In this document: positions 38,484 to 48,222 of the stretch, piece by piece
Position numbering within the stretch: the stretch's first letter is position 1
Layout: each line of letters begins with the position of its first letter
Origin: Escherichia phage ECp13
Length of the DNA stretch: 64,000 bases
Direction: 5' to 3' (one strand)
Sequence record: PP274704.1
Position numbers and translations under genes: made by a program
Notes under the pieces: generated by a model
Told to the model about the DNA's origin: nothing
What the model saw: only the letters and a program-made list of their open reading frames with translations
Databases searched by the model: none

Positions 38484-38950
38484 ATTATGATAGATTTTAT
38501 CCTTGCGATTTTGTGAATGGCCCTGGATGCAGGGTCGTTCTTTTCGTTACGGGGTGTTTGCATAAATGCGAAGGGTGTTATAATAAATCAACATGGAATG
38601 CTAGAAATGGCGTTCCATTCACTGGTGAAACACTAGAACAATTAATTGAATGTTTGAATAATGATTATATAGAAGGATTAACTATAACTGGAGGAGACCC
38701 TCTCTATCCTGATAACCGAGATGCTGTTCATTGCATTGTTCAAACAGTAAAAAATCTTTATCCAAATAAAAGCATTTGGTTGTGGACAGGATATAAGTTT
38801 GAAGATATTAAACAACTAGAAATGCTTAAATATGTTGATGTTATTATTGATGGGAAGTATGAGAAAAATCTTCCGACCAAAAAGCTGTGGCGAGGATCAG
38901 ATAATCAGCGACTTTGGTCAAATACCGATGGGGTGTGGAAACATGATTAA
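38480..38950 (+). CDS. nrdG: anaerobic RNR activating protein NrdG
   Basis: 156 aa; radical-SAM-like Cys cluster CLHKCEGC; ATGA overlap with nrdD. Confidence 0.9.
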   Translation: MNYDRFYPCDFVNGPGCRVVLFVTGCLHKCEGCYNKSTWNARNGVPFTGETLEQLIECLNNDYIEGLTITGGDPLYPDNRDAVHCIVQTVKNLYPNKSIWLWTGYKFEDIKQLEMLKYVDVIIDGKYEKNLPTKKLWRGSDNQRLWSNTDGVWKHD

Positions 38951-39056
38951 ATTGAATTATATTATGGACACTATAAATGATATGATTTTTCATTTTGGTC
39001 CAGAATTTTATTCGCAATATAGTTTAGTGCTTATCAATGCTTGGTTAATCAATTAA
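38943..39056 (+). CDS. possible small ORF
   Basis: 37 aa from ATG overlapping nrdG stop. Confidence 0.25.
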   Translation: MIKLNYIMDTINDMIFHFGPEFYSQYSLVLINAWLIN

Positions 39057-39065
39057 GGGTAAAAT

Positions 39066-39278
39066 ATGTATAAATTTCGCAAAGGTTTAGCTGATTTTCT
39101 TACAACTGTAACATTCTTTCTGTTTATGGCAGTTGGAGCTATTTTCCTTATTCCTTTTATTGCTATATTTTTCGTGATTAGTTTGATTTCTCCAGAAAAA
39201 GGACTGTCTTCTAGCGAGTTCAATGAGCGTCTGGATAAAATTACTAATAAGCTGAATTCTGCTCTTAGTAAGGAATAG
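39066..39278 (+). CDS. small membrane protein
   Basis: 70 aa; hydrophobic core FLFMAVGAIFLIPFIAIFFVISLI. Confidence 0.45.
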   Translation: MYKFRKGLADFLTTVTFFLFMAVGAIFLIPFIAIFFVISLISPEKGLSSSEFNERLDKITNKLNSALSKE

Positions 39279-39280
39279 TT

Positions 39281-39589
39281 GTGAAACAGAACAAGATTGA
39301 AGTCTATGGAATTCCAGATGAAGTAGGTCGTTGTCCTGGATGTCAATCAGTTACAAAACTTCTAAAGGAGCTCAATGCTCCTTTTACTTTCTATAAAGTT
39401 CTTACAAATAATGGTAAGATTGAGTATGATCGTCCACTGATTGTATCTCTTGCTAAACGCGCTGGATTCACATCTCTTAACATTCGTTATCCAGTCATTT
39501 TCATCAATGATTCTAGACAAAAGAATATTAAACACTTCAAAGAAACTCTCATTTCACTTGGATATGATAGAGATATCATAGAAGATTAA
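39281..39589 (+). CDS. nrdH: glutaredoxin-like NrdH
   Basis: 102 aa; CPGC redox motif; GTG start after RBS AAGGAA. Confidence 0.75.
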   Translation: MKQNKIEVYGIPDEVGRCPGCQSVTKLLKELNAPFTFYKVLTNNGKIEYDRPLIVSLAKRAGFTSLNIRYPVIFINDSRQKNIKHFKETLISLGYDRDIIED

Positions 39590-39592
39590 GAC

Positions 39593-39615
39593 GGGCCCTC
39601 TGGGCCTTTCTTTCT
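39593..39615 (+). terminator. terminator-like hairpin
   Basis: GGCCC-TCT-GGGCC followed by TTTCTTTCTC. Confidence 0.5.
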
Positions 39616-39642
39616 CACATTCTGTATATTACCATTCTAAGC

Positions 39643-39680
39643 TATCGTTCCCTTCTTATCGTTCCCTTCTTATCGTTCCC
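39643..39680 (+). repeat. 14-bp tandem repeat TATCGTTCCCTTCT, about 2.7 copies
   Basis: Two perfect 14-bp units plus a 10-bp partial unit, between the nrdH terminator and an early promoter. Confidence 0.85.
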
Positions 39681-39701
39681 TAAAATAATTTTCACAAAGT
39701 T

Positions 39702-39731
39702 GTTTACAACAAGTTCAAACTGTGGTATTAT
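39702..39731 (+). promoter_or_regulatory. early promoter
   Basis: -35 GTTTACA, 17 bp, -10 TATTAT; upstream TTTCACAAAG box. Confidence 0.6.
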
Positions 39732-39761
39732 TAACATATGAATTGCCTTTGAGGATTTGAT

Positions 39762-39938
39762 ATGGTTGATAAAGAGATTAAAAGAGATCAGTATTATCGT
39801 GTTAACGGACATATTGTTATTGTTACAGCAGTAGATGATCTAGATGTTCATTATACTGTACTTAAATGGAATAAACAGATGATTTGCGATCGTGCTGTAT
39901 TTAGTTCAGTTGCTAAGGAAATTAAACTCCATGGGTAA
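39762..39938 (+). CDS. hypothetical small protein
   Basis: 58 aa hand-translated; RBS GAGGA. Confidence 0.35.
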   Translation: MVDKEIKRDQYYRVNGHIVIVTAVDDLDVHYTVLKWNKQMICDRAVFSSVAKEIKLHG

Positions 39939-40224
39939 AACGTATCGTCGTAAAGATTTAAAAGTACGTGATTATGACTATTTCGGAAAGCGTAAAGCTC
40001 CTGATGGTGTAAGTCATAAAGATATGGTTGAAAACATTTTTCGCTCTGATAAATGGCGTAGAATGAAAGGCATTGATTCAGAAGTTAAAGATGAGCTAAA
40101 TCGCCAATTACGTGGTGAAGTAAGAAAGTTGAAAAAATCAGTTTACATTGATGATGATTTTGATTATAATACTTCTCAACGAGTTGCTAAGCGCAAATCA
40201 AACGAGTGCTATCGTTACAGCTGA
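39931..40224 (+). CDS. small basic protein
   Basis: 97 aa, Lys/Arg-rich; ATG overlaps preceding stop. Confidence 0.45.
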   Translation: MGKTYRRKDLKVRDYDYFGKRKAPDGVSHKDMVENIFRSDKWRRMKGIDSEVKDELNRQLRGEVRKLKKSVYIDDDFDYNTSQRVAKRKSNECYRYS

Positions 40225-40231
40225 GGAAAAT

Positions 40232-40363
40232 ATGAATATCAAACGCATGCTTTTTAAACAAGGATTATACACTTTAAATGTTGCTCCAAAAGGCGATACG
40301 ACCAAGTGGTCAGTAAATGATTGGATTAAATTTATTGATGAAAATGGTAACTGGAAAATTTAA
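40232..40363 (+). CDS. possible small ORF
   Basis: 43 aa; RBS GAGGAA. Confidence 0.3.
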   Translation: MNIKRMLFKQGLYTLNVAPKGDTTKWSVNDWIKFIDENGNWKI

Positions 40364-40564
40364 ATGAATCCTGAATCTAAATTATCGCAACGAATTGCTG
40401 AAGCTCGTCGTCAGTTCTTTGAAAATATGATAGCCCAAGGTATTGATGACGAAGTTTTTCTAAATTGGTTTTGGAATCACAAATATTCAAGTTGCTCAGG
40501 AGCAATATTAATATCAGCTGCAATGATGTACGAAGGCTGGAAGGGTGCCAAACAGTTTAGCTAA
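40364..40564 (+). CDS. hypothetical small protein
   Basis: 66 aa. Confidence 0.4.
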   Translation: MNPESKLSQRIAEARRQFFENMIAQGIDDEVFLNWFWNHKYSSCSGAILISAAMMYEGWKGAKQFS

Positions 40565-40582
40565 GGGCTTCGGCCCTTTTTG
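40564..40582 (+). terminator. intrinsic terminator
   Basis: AGGGC-TTCG-GCCCT followed by TTTTT. Confidence 0.65.
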
Positions 40583-40616
40583 GATAATAAAATTTTAATG
40601 AAATTGAGGATAATGT

Positions 40617-40943
40617 ATGACTATTCAAATTAAAAACGCCATCAATTCTTACGCATATGATAAAGTAGTTTCTTTGCTAGAAAAAGGCAATATTGTAACT
40701 CCTCAAATTTTGGATAAATGGGAAAAAGAGCTTCATCAGACGATGAAACAGAATGATCAGAAAATTGGTCGCAATACTGTCCGTGAATTGTTGGTTCAAT
40801 ATATCTTGTCAGAATTTGATGTTAAAGCTTTTGGCGTAGAATCTAAAGCTTATCAAAAGCATGAAATTTCTGATAAAACTATTCGTCGTATGAAAAATCA
40901 ACGCAAGAAAAAATTTGCTGATCTGAAAATTGCTAAGGTATGA
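40617..40943 (+). CDS. hypothetical protein
   Basis: 108 aa; RBS GAGGA. Confidence 0.5.
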   Translation: MTIQIKNAINSYAYDKVVSLLEKGNIVTPQILDKWEKELHQTMKQNDQKIGRNTVRELLVQYILSEFDVKAFGVESKAYQKHEISDKTIRRMKNQRKKKFADLKIAKV

Positions 40944-41161
40944 ATATGAACGAAGCTCTTATTAACGATTTACGTCTTGCCGGATATGAAGTAAATACAA
41001 ATGGCATTGGTTTAACTCAAATTGAAGGAAATGGATTCATCCTTGAGTATGAATTTAGCCAATGGTGGTTATATGCTAATTATGGCGAATTGATTGAATA
41101 CGTTGACCAGTTTGATTCACTAGATGCAGCTCTTGAAGCGGCTAAGTTGATGAATGTATGA
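40940..41161 (+). CDS. hypothetical small protein
   Basis: 73 aa; ATGA overlap. Confidence 0.45.
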   Translation: MNMNEALINDLRLAGYEVNTNGIGLTQIEGNGFILEYEFSQWWLYANYGELIEYVDQFDSLDAALEAAKLMNV

Positions 41162-41427
41162 AATTTATTAATATTTCTATTACTATTGAAAATTATGGCA
41201 TTTTCTATGTTGATCAATATATGAAAATTTCATTTTTCCCAAATAAGACTGGGGTTGGATATTGGGAAAGCCATGTTTCTGAATTAAATGAAAGTGAATA
41301 TGTTAGCACGCATGAAAAGTTTTTAGACTTTTTATATCACGCTGATTTAACTAGTCATTATATAGATATTCATGAATTTAAAAAGATGATGGAGAAAGTG
41401 TTCCAAGCATACTGCTTACTTAGATAA
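41158..41427 (+). CDS. hypothetical small protein
   Basis: 89 aa; ATGA overlap. Confidence 0.45.
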   Translation: MKFINISITIENYGIFYVDQYMKISFFPNKTGVGYWESHVSELNESEYVSTHEKFLDFLYHADLTSHYIDIHEFKKMMEKVFQAYCLLR

Positions 41428-41505
41428 TTGATATCCTCTATGCTTTAAGATAGATCTTCAAATATTATGATATAATAGATCTATGAATTGAGCTAAGAGG
41501 TGAAA

Positions 41506-42063
41506 ATGTCAGAAACTAAGCCTAAATATAATTACGTAAACAATAAAGAGCTTTTACAAGCTATTATTGATTGGAAAACAGAATTAGCAAATAATAAAGA
41601 CCCAAATAAAGTAGTTCGTCAGAATGATACTATCGGATTAGCCATTATGCTTATTGCAGAAGGCTTATCTAAACGTTTCAACTTTTCAGGATACACCCAA
41701 TCCTGGAAACAAGAAATGATTGCAGATGGTATAGAAGCTTCTATTAAGGGGCTTCATAATTTTGATGAAACGAAATATAAAAACCCACATGCATATATAA
41801 CTCAAGCTTGTTTTAATGCATTCGTCCAACGTATTAAAAAAGAACGTAAGGAAGTTGCAAAGAAATACAGTTACTTCGTTCACAATGTCTATGACAGTCG
41901 TGACGACGATATGGTTGCGTTAGTGGATGAAACTTTTATTCAAGACATCTACGATAAAATGACGCATTACGAAGAATCAACCTATAGAACACCGGGGGCT
42001 GAAAAGAAAAGTGTTGTAGACGATTCTCCTAGTTTGGATTTTTTATATGAGGCTAACGATTAA
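41506..42063 (+). CDS. 55: late transcription sigma factor gp55
   Basis: 185 aa from ATG at 41506 ([20 protein letters not shown]...); matches recalled T4 gp55. Confidence 0.88.
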
Positions 42064-42265
42064 CCTCTCCGGATTCTTGGAAGAAATACCTGAAGTTGAA
42101 GCTATTCCCTATTTACTTAAAATGTATCTCAGGGAAGTTTTAGCTCTTGACATTGATATTGATCCAGAAAATCCGTATGATACCGCTTTTAAATCTAATG
42201 GTGTAGAATTAAACTATCGGTATCATTTAACAGATGATGATTTTTATTTTATATTAGAGAAATAA
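42047..42265 (+). CDS. hypothetical small protein
   Basis: 72 aa; overlaps 3' end of gene 55. Confidence 0.4.
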
Positions 42266-42266
42266 T

Positions 42267-42584
42267 ATGACTGATAAACCCGAAATTAATGATGAAGTGG
42301 AAAAGCTTATTTCTTCTATTGAAGAAAAGAACCGTCTTGAAGCAGAAAGAAAAGCAAATAAGTTATTGTCTAAAAACAAACGCGAACTGAACCGTCTTTA
42401 TAAGCACGCTCAGATTGCAGCTGAAAACAATAATTTTGCTCAATACGAATATGCTATCAAGAAAAGTCGGGATATTCTAAAACAGCCATATAACGATGAA
42501 CTCATTAGTATTCTTTGGAAGACTACTAGATCGCAGATTGAGGATATGATTGATGCTTACACACGTAAAATTCAAGCGTCTTAA
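42267..42584 (+). CDS. hypothetical protein
   Basis: 105 aa. Confidence 0.45.
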   Translation: MTDKPEINDEVEKLISSIEEKNRLEAERKANKLLSKNKRELNRLYKHAQIAAENNNFAQYEYAIKKSRDILKQPYNDELISILWKTTRSQIEDMIDAYTRKIQAS

Positions 42585-42756
42585 AATTAATGCAGGATTT
42601 ACTGAATCTTTGAATGGTCATCTTTGCGTGAAAATTTCTGAAAAAGAATACCATGATAGTTCAATTAAAGAAGTTAATCCTCCTATTGTAAGAGCAGACC
42701 CTAATATGAAAGTGTGGGTTGATTCCTATCAAGTCAAAAAATGGTGGCAACTGTGA
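42550..42756 (+). CDS. hypothetical small protein
   Basis: 68 aa. Confidence 0.4.
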   Translation: MMLTHVKFKRLKINAGFTESLNGHLCVKISEKEYHDSSIKEVNPPIVRADPNMKVWVDSYQVKKWWQL

Positions 42757-42759
42757 AAG

Positions 42760-42933
42760 ATGAACACCCAGACTTCTGAAATAGATTATAATAAAATTCG
42801 TTCCTCTAAAGTAGAAATGATGAGACGCTTTAAAGAGTCTCATGATAAAGCTAAAGCAGAAGGAACTATAACATATAAGCGTATAAAATTTAGAAGCTCT
42901 AATGAGCCTCTGTATGGTGTATTATGCGGATAG
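42760..42933 (+). CDS. possible small basic protein
   Basis: 57 aa hand-translated. Confidence 0.3.
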   Translation: MNTQTSEIDYNKIRSSKVEMMRRFKESHDKAKAEGTITYKRIKFRSSNEPLYGVLCG

Positions 42934-42948
42934 GAGCTTCGGCTCCTA
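42931..42948 (+). terminator. GC hairpin
   Basis: TAGGAGC-TTCG-GCTCCTA. Confidence 0.45.
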
Positions 42949-42949
42949 T

Positions 42950-42975
42950 ATTGCTTTATAAATTTTTGGTAAAAT
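42950..42975 (+). promoter_or_regulatory. middle promoter (MotA box TTGCTTTA) for a-gt
   Basis: TGCTTTA box about 11 bp upstream of TAAAAT. Confidence 0.5.
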
Positions 42976-42999
42976 AAACCAAAACAATGAGGATATTAA

Positions 43000-44202
43000 A
43001 TGAAAGTATGCATTTTTATGGCTCGAGGTCTTGAAGGTTGCGGCGTAACTAAATTTTCTCTCGAGCAGCGTGATTGGTTTATTAAAAATGGTCATGAAGT
43101 AACTTTGGTTTATGCTAAAGATAAATCATTTACCCGTAATTGCGCGCATGATTATAAATCATTTTCAATTCCGGTTTTATTGGCAAAAGAATACGATAAA
43201 ACACTTAAGCTGGTAAATGATTGTGATATTCTAATTATCAATTCAGTTCCTGCTACTTCAGTCGAAGAAGACACTATTAATAACTATAAAAAAATTATTG
43301 ATAACATTAAACCTTCAGTTCGTGTTGTAGTTTATCAACATGACCATTCTTCTCTTTCTTTGCGCCGAAATTTGGGATTAGAAGAAACTGTTCGTCGAGC
43401 TGATGTTATTTTTAGTCATTCTGATAATGGCGATTTTAATAAAGTTTTGATGAAAGAATGGTATCCAGAAACAGTTTCTCTGTTTGATGATATTGAAGAA
43501 GCACCGACTGTATACAACTTTCAGCCTCCTATGGATATTGCGAAGGTTCGATCAACCTACTGGAAAGATGTTTCTGAAATTAATATGAATGTCAACCGTT
43601 GGATCGGTCGTACGACTACATGGAAAGGTTTTTATCAGATGTTTGATTTTCACGAAAAACATCTTAAACCTGCGGGATTAAGTACTATTATGGAAGGTCT
43701 GGAACGTTCTCCTGCGTTCATTCCTATTAAAGAAAAAGGAATTCCATACGAATATTATCGTCTTCATCAAGTAGACCAAATTAAAATTGCTCCTAATTTG
43801 CCGACGCAAATTCTCGACCGTTATGTAAATAGCGAAATGCTTGAACGCATGAGTAAATCCGGATTTGGTTATCAGCTGAGTAAGTTGGATAAAAAATATC
43901 TACAACGTTCTTTAGAATATACTCATCTCGAGCTTGGTGCGTGTGGAACAATTCCAGTATTTTGGAAATCTACTGGCGAAAATTTAAAATTCCGTGTTGA
44001 TAATACTCCGTTAATTTCTCATGATAGCGGTATCGTTTGGTTTGATGAAAATGACATGGAATCAACATTTGAGCGTATTAAAGAACTGTCATCTGACCGA
44101 AATCTTTATGACCGTGAACGCGAAAAAGCTTATGAATTTTTGTATCAGCATCAAGATTCAAGCTTCTGCTTTAAAGAACAGTTTGACATTATTACAAAAT
44201 AA
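43000..44202 (+). CDS. a-gt: DNA alpha-glucosyltransferase
   Basis: 400 aa; ...CIFMARGLEGCGVTKFSLEQRDWFIKNGHEVTLVYAKDKSF... matches recalled T4 alpha-gt. Confidence 0.92.
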   Translation: MKVCIFMARGLEGCGVTKFSLEQRDWFIKNGHEVTLVYAKDKSFTRNCAHDYKSFSIPVLLAKEYDKTLKLVNDCDILIINSVPATSVEEDTINNYKKIIDNIKPSVRVVVYQHDHSSLSLRRNLGLEETVRRADVIFSHSDNGDFNKVLMKEWYPETVSLFDDIEEAPTVYNFQPPMDIAKVRSTYWKDVSEINMNVNRWIGRTTTWKGFYQMFDFHEKHLKPAGLSTIMEGLERSPAFIPIKEKGIPYEYYRLHQVDQIKIAPNLPTQILDRYVNSEMLERMSKSGFGYQLSKLDKKYLQRSLEYTHLELGACGTIPVFWKSTGENLKFRVDNTPLISHDSGIVWFDENDMESTFERIKELSSDRNLYDREREKAYEFLYQHQDSSFCFKEQFDIITK

Positions 44203-44219
44203 AGGGCTTCGGCCCTTTA
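44202..44219 (+). terminator. GC hairpin terminator
   Basis: AAGGGC-TTCG-GCCCTT. Confidence 0.5.
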
Positions 44220-44241
44220 GCTTTATACGGAGTTTGATATA

Positions 44242-44382
44242 ATGATATTTCTTGGATATGTGATACTTTTTCTCGCGTTTTATCTATTCACTAGAGCATG
44301 TTGGATTGGGTTCTTTAGCACTCCAGATGGATTTATTTCAATAATTTTATTTTGCATTTCAATGACGGTTCTTGATATATGA
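44242..44382 (+). CDS. possible small membrane peptide
   Basis: 46 aa, very hydrophobic; stop overlaps gene 47 start. Confidence 0.35.
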   Translation: MIFLGYVILFLAFYLFTRACWIGFFSTPDGFISIILFCISMTVLDI

Positions 44383-45398
44383 AAATTTTAAATTTAGGTG
44401 ATTGGCATTTAGGTGTTAAAGCCGACGACGAGTGGGTTCAATCCATTCAGTTGGATGGAATTAAACAAGCAATAGAATATTCTAAGAAAAACGGAATTAC
44501 TACATGGATTCAATACGGCGATATTTTTGATGTGCGAAAAGCAATCACGCATAAAACTATGGAGTTCGCTCGTGAAATAGTTCAAATGCTTGATGATGCT
44601 GGTATTATCCTACATACTGTTGTAGGAAACCATGATATGCACTTTAAAAATACTTTAACTCCAAATGCTTCTACTGAGCTTTTGGCTAAATATCCTAATG
44701 TTAAAGTATATGATAAGCCTACTACAGTAGATTTTGACGGATGTTTGATTGATTTAATTCCTTGGATGTGTGAAGAAAATACTGGTGAAATTCTTGAACA
44801 CATCAAAACTTCATCTGCTTCTTTTTGTGTTGGTCACTGGGAGCTGAATGGATTTTATTTTTATAAAGGAATGAAATCTCACGGTCTTGAACCTGATTTC
44901 CTTAAGACTTATAAAGAAGTGTGGTCTGGTCACTTCCATACTATCTCTGAGGCTGCTAACGTCAGATATATTGGGACACCATGGACACTAACTGCGGGTG
45001 ACGAGAATGACCCTCGCGGGTTCTGGATGTTTGATACAGAAACAGAACGAATGGAATTTATTCCAAACAACACTACCTGGCATCGTCGAATTCAATATCC
45101 ATTTAAGGGAAAAATTGACTATAAAGATTTTACAAATCTATCAGTGCGTGTTATAGTAACTGAAGTAGACAAAAATCTAACGAAGTTCGAATCTGAACTA
45201 GAAAAAGTTGTGCATTCATTACGAGTTGTGTCAAAGATTGATAACTCTGTTGAGTCAGATGATAGTGAAGAAGTTGAAGTTCAATCTCTTCAGACGTTAA
45301 TGGAAGAATACATTAATGCAATTCCAGACATCACTGATTCTGATCGCGAAGCACTTATTCAATATGCAAACCAGTTATATGTAGAGGCAACACAATGA
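44379..45398 (+). CDS. 47: recombination nuclease subunit gp47 (Mre11-like)
   Basis: 339 aa; phosphoesterase motifs GDWH / GNHD. Confidence 0.9.
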   Translation: MKILNLGDWHLGVKADDEWVQSIQLDGIKQAIEYSKKNGITTWIQYGDIFDVRKAITHKTMEFAREIVQMLDDAGIILHTVVGNHDMHFKNTLTPNASTELLAKYPNVKVYDKPTTVDFDGCLIDLIPWMCEENTGEILEHIKTSSASFCVGHWELNGFYFYKGMKSHGLEPDFLKTYKEVWSGHFHTISEAANVRYIGTPWTLTAGDENDPRGFWMFDTETERMEFIPNNTTWHRRIQYPFKGKIDYKDFTNLSVRVIVTEVDKNLTKFESELEKVVHSLRVVSKIDNSVESDDSEEVEVQSLQTLMEEYINAIPDITDSDREALIQYANQLYVEATQ

Positions 45399-45658
45399 CT
45401 TTTGATGAATTTAAAAATGTTATGATGAGTCAGCATTTTGAATGCGAAGTAAAAGATGATATTGGGCATAAAGAAATTATTGAATATTGGTTTGAACCGC
45501 TAGAGGTTGAAGATAATTGTATTAAAAAGGTTACGGTCTGCACTGACTGGGCTGTATCTTTTAACTTCAACATTTTAGATAATGACACACCTAAATCATT
45601 ACAAGATATGGCTGTATCTTGTATTAAGGATGCATATTGTGAAGTTTTCGACATTTGA
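45395..45658 (+). CDS. hypothetical protein
   Basis: 87 aa; ATGA overlap with gene 47. Confidence 0.5.
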   Translation: MTFDEFKNVMMSQHFECEVKDDIGHKEIIEYWFEPLEVEDNCIKKVTVCTDWAVSFNFNILDNDTPKSLQDMAVSCIKDAYCEVFDI

Positions 45659-45845
45659 CATTAACGATGAATTCATAGCAAATATTGATTACACCGAAGA
45701 AGATTCTAGATATGTTGGAATAATTTATATCACATCAAAAGCAGCGCAAGGTGTTGTTTGCATGGCTGAATTTGATGAATACTTTTTAGATTATGATGAT
45801 ATGATAGAATGGTCTAAAAGATACATTAAAAGGAATCTTTTGTGA
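45630..45845 (+). CDS. hypothetical small protein (start uncertain)
   Basis: In-frame ATG at 45630; overlaps preceding ORF by about 29 nt; ends overlapping gene 46 start. Confidence 0.35.
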   Translation: MHIVKFSTFDINDEFIANIDYTEEDSRYVGIIYITSKAAQGVVCMAEFDEYFLDYDDMIEWSKRYIKRNLL

Positions 45846-47524
45846 AGAATTTTAAACTAAACCGAGTTAGGTATCAAAATATAATGTCAGTAGGTGGAAA
45901 TCCTATTGACATTCAACTAGATAAGGTTCAAAAAACTCTTATTACTGGACGAAATGGCGGTGGTAAGTCTACTATGTTAGAAGCCATCACATTTGGGCTT
46001 TTTGGCAAGCCATTCCGTGATGTAAAGAAAGGCCAATTAATAAACAGCACAAATAAGAAAGAACTTTTAGTTGAACTGTGGATGGAATATGATGAGAAAA
46101 AGTACTATATCAAAAGAGGACAAAAACCAAATGTTTTCGAAATCACCGTTAACGGTACACGTCTTAATGAATCTGCCAGCAGTAAAGATTTCCAAGCAGA
46201 ATTTGAACAGCTTATCGGAATGTCATATGCCAGTTTCAAGCAGATTGTTGTCCTTGGTACAGCAGGGTATACCCCTTTCATGGGTTTGTCGACCCCTGCA
46301 CGAAGAAAGCTTGTGGAAGACCTGCTCGAGGTAGGAACATTAGCTGAAATGGATAAGCTTAATAAAGCACTAATACGTGAATTAAATTCACAAAACCAAG
46401 TGCTTGATGTTAAAAAAGATAGTATTATCCAACAAATTAAAATATATAATGATAACGTTGAACGCCAGAAAAAATTAACTGGTGATAACCTTACTCGTCT
46501 ACAGAATATGTATGATGATTTGGCAAAAGAAGCCAGAACGTTAAAATCGGAAATAGAAGAAGCTAATGAAAGATTAGTTAATATTGTTTTGGATGAAGAC
46601 CCGACTGATGCATTTAATAAAATCGGTCAAGAAGCATTTTTAATTAAATCAAAAATTGACTCGTATAATAAAGTCATTAATATGTATCACGAAGGTGGAT
46701 TATGTCCAACCTGTTTGTCACAATTAAGTTCCGGTGATAAAGTTGTTTCTAAAATTAAAGATAAAGTTTCTGAATGCACGCATTCGTTTGAACAGCTTTC
46801 AACACATCGTGATAATTTAAAAGTTCTCGTTGATGAATACCGAGATAATATTAAAACCCAACAGACGTTGGCAAATGATATTCGCAATAAAAAGCAATCT
46901 CTAATCACGACTGTAGATAAAGCTAAAAAAGTTAAAGCAGCTATAGAAAAAGCATCATCTGAGTTTATTGACCATGCTGATGAAATAGCACTGCTTCAAG
47001 AAGAACTTGATAAAATTGTTAAGACAAAAACTAATTTAGTAATGGAAAAATACCACAGAGGAATTTTGACTGATATGCTCAAAGATTCTGGTATTAAAGG
47101 TGCTATTATTAAAAAGTACATTCCATTATTTAATAAGCAGATTAACCATTATCTTAAAATAATGGAAGCGGATTATGTGTTTACATTAGATGAAGAATTT
47201 AATGAGACAATTAAATCCCGCGGTCGTGAAGATTTTAGTTATGCTTCATTTAGTCAAGGCGAAAAAGCACGAATTGATATTGCTCTTTTATTTACTTGGC
47301 GTGATATTGCTGAAAAAGTTTCAGGTGTTAAAATAAACACATTAATTCTTGACGAAGTTTTTGATTCAGCAACTGATGTTGAAGGTGTAAAAGCTATTTC
47401 AACTATTTTAGATAGTTTAAAAAATACTAATGTTTTTGTTATTTCGCATAGAGACCATGATCCACAAGCATACGGTCAGCATCTTCAAATGAAGAAAGTT
47501 GGTCGATTTACTGTAATGGTTTAA
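45842..47524 (+). CDS. 46: recombination ATPase subunit gp46 (Rad50-like)
   Basis: 560 aa; Walker A GRNGGGKST. Confidence 0.92.
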   Translation: MKNFKLNRVRYQNIMSVGGNPIDIQLDKVQKTLITGRNGGGKSTMLEAITFGLFGKPFRDVKKGQLINSTNKKELLVELWMEYDEKKYYIKRGQKPNVFEITVNGTRLNESASSKDFQAEFEQLIGMSYASFKQIVVLGTAGYTPFMGLSTPARRKLVEDLLEVGTLAEMDKLNKALIRELNSQNQVLDVKKDSIIQQIKIYNDNVERQKKLTGDNLTRLQNMYDDLAKEARTLKSEIEEANERLVNIVLDEDPTDAFNKIGQEAFLIKSKIDSYNKVINMYHEGGLCPTCLSQLSSGDKVVSKIKDKVSECTHSFEQLSTHRDNLKVLVDEYRDNIKTQQTLANDIRNKKQSLITTVDKAKKVKAAIEKASSEFIDHADEIALLQEELDKIVKTKTNLVMEKYHRGILTDMLKDSGIKGAIIKKYIPLFNKQINHYLKIMEADYVFTLDEEFNETIKSRGREDFSYASFSQGEKARIDIALLFTWRDIAEKVSGVKINTLILDEVFDSATDVEGVKAISTILDSLKNTNVFVISHRDHDPQAYGQHLQMKKVGRFTVMV

Positions 47525-47535
47525 TTTATAAGAGA

Positions 47536-47562
47536 TTATGCTTTAATTTATTAGAGTATAAT
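47536..47562 (+). promoter_or_regulatory. middle promoter (MotA box ATGCTTTA plus TATAAT)
   Basis: TGCTTTA box 11 bp upstream of TATAAT. Confidence 0.5.
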
Positions 47563-47579
47563 CTCTATGGAGGAAAAAC

Positions 47580-47768
47580 ATGGAATATTCAACTGGACAG
47601 CATCTATTAACTATTCCTGAAATAAAACGATATATTCTGAGAAATAATTTTTCTAATGAAGAGCATATAGTTACTGAATCTATGCTTAAGAATGCATTTA
47701 AAGCAGAATATACGAAAATAATGTCCAACAGAAATGAAGCTTGGACTGTTACTGATTATTATGACTAA
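47580..47768 (+). CDS. hypothetical small protein
   Basis: 62 aa; RBS GGAGGA. Confidence 0.5.
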   Translation: MEYSTGQHLLTIPEIKRYILRNNFSNEEHIVTESMLKNAFKAEYTKIMSNRNEAWTVTDYYD

Positions 47769-47777
47769 AGGTGTATT

Positions 47778-48167
47778 ATGACTAAAATTACTGTGAATTA
47801 TACTGTTGATGTAAAAGATATTCAGCCAAAACACGTGCGTTCTGAATCAAATCCACAAAACCAAAATAAAATTCGTCGAGCATGGGTTTTGTCTCTTTCT
47901 GATAACGCGATGGAAGTTATTCAGAGCAAAATTAAATCTGCACCTGCTCGTCATGCGTATTATGAAGCTATCGATCGTGAAGTAAGCAATAAATGGATTG
48001 AACTAATGCGCAAACATACGGCAGAATCTCTAAATGCTGGTGCTAAATTTATTATGACTTCATGTGGTGAACGCCTTGAAGACGATTATTGTGGTAATGC
48101 AGATGAACGTCTAATTGTTGCTGCTCAAATTGTTGCAGAAACAATTGCTGCCGATTTTAATCGTTAA
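47778..48167 (+). CDS. rpbA: RNA polymerase binding protein RpbA
   Basis: 129 aa as T4 RpbA; position between 46 and 45. Confidence 0.78.
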   Translation: MTKITVNYTVDVKDIQPKHVRSESNPQNQNKIRRAWVLSLSDNAMEVIQSKIKSAPARHAYYEAIDREVSNKWIELMRKHTAESLNAGAKFIMTSCGERLEDDYCGNADERLIVAAQIVAETIAADFNR

Positions 48168-48193
48168 TTGCTTTATTAAATTAGTTATAAAAT
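48166..48193 (+). promoter_or_regulatory. middle promoter (MotA box TTGCTTTA) for gene 45
   Basis: TGCTTTA box upstream of TATAAA/TAAAAT. Confidence 0.5.
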
Positions 48194-48222
48194 TAAATCT
48201 CATTTGAATTGAAGGAAATTAC

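Noticed and set aside
41440-41476. MotA-box middle promoter for gene 55
   Set aside because: A TGCTTTA box is present, but its spacing to the nearest TATAAT (about 23 bp) does not fit the roughly 11-13 bp expected.
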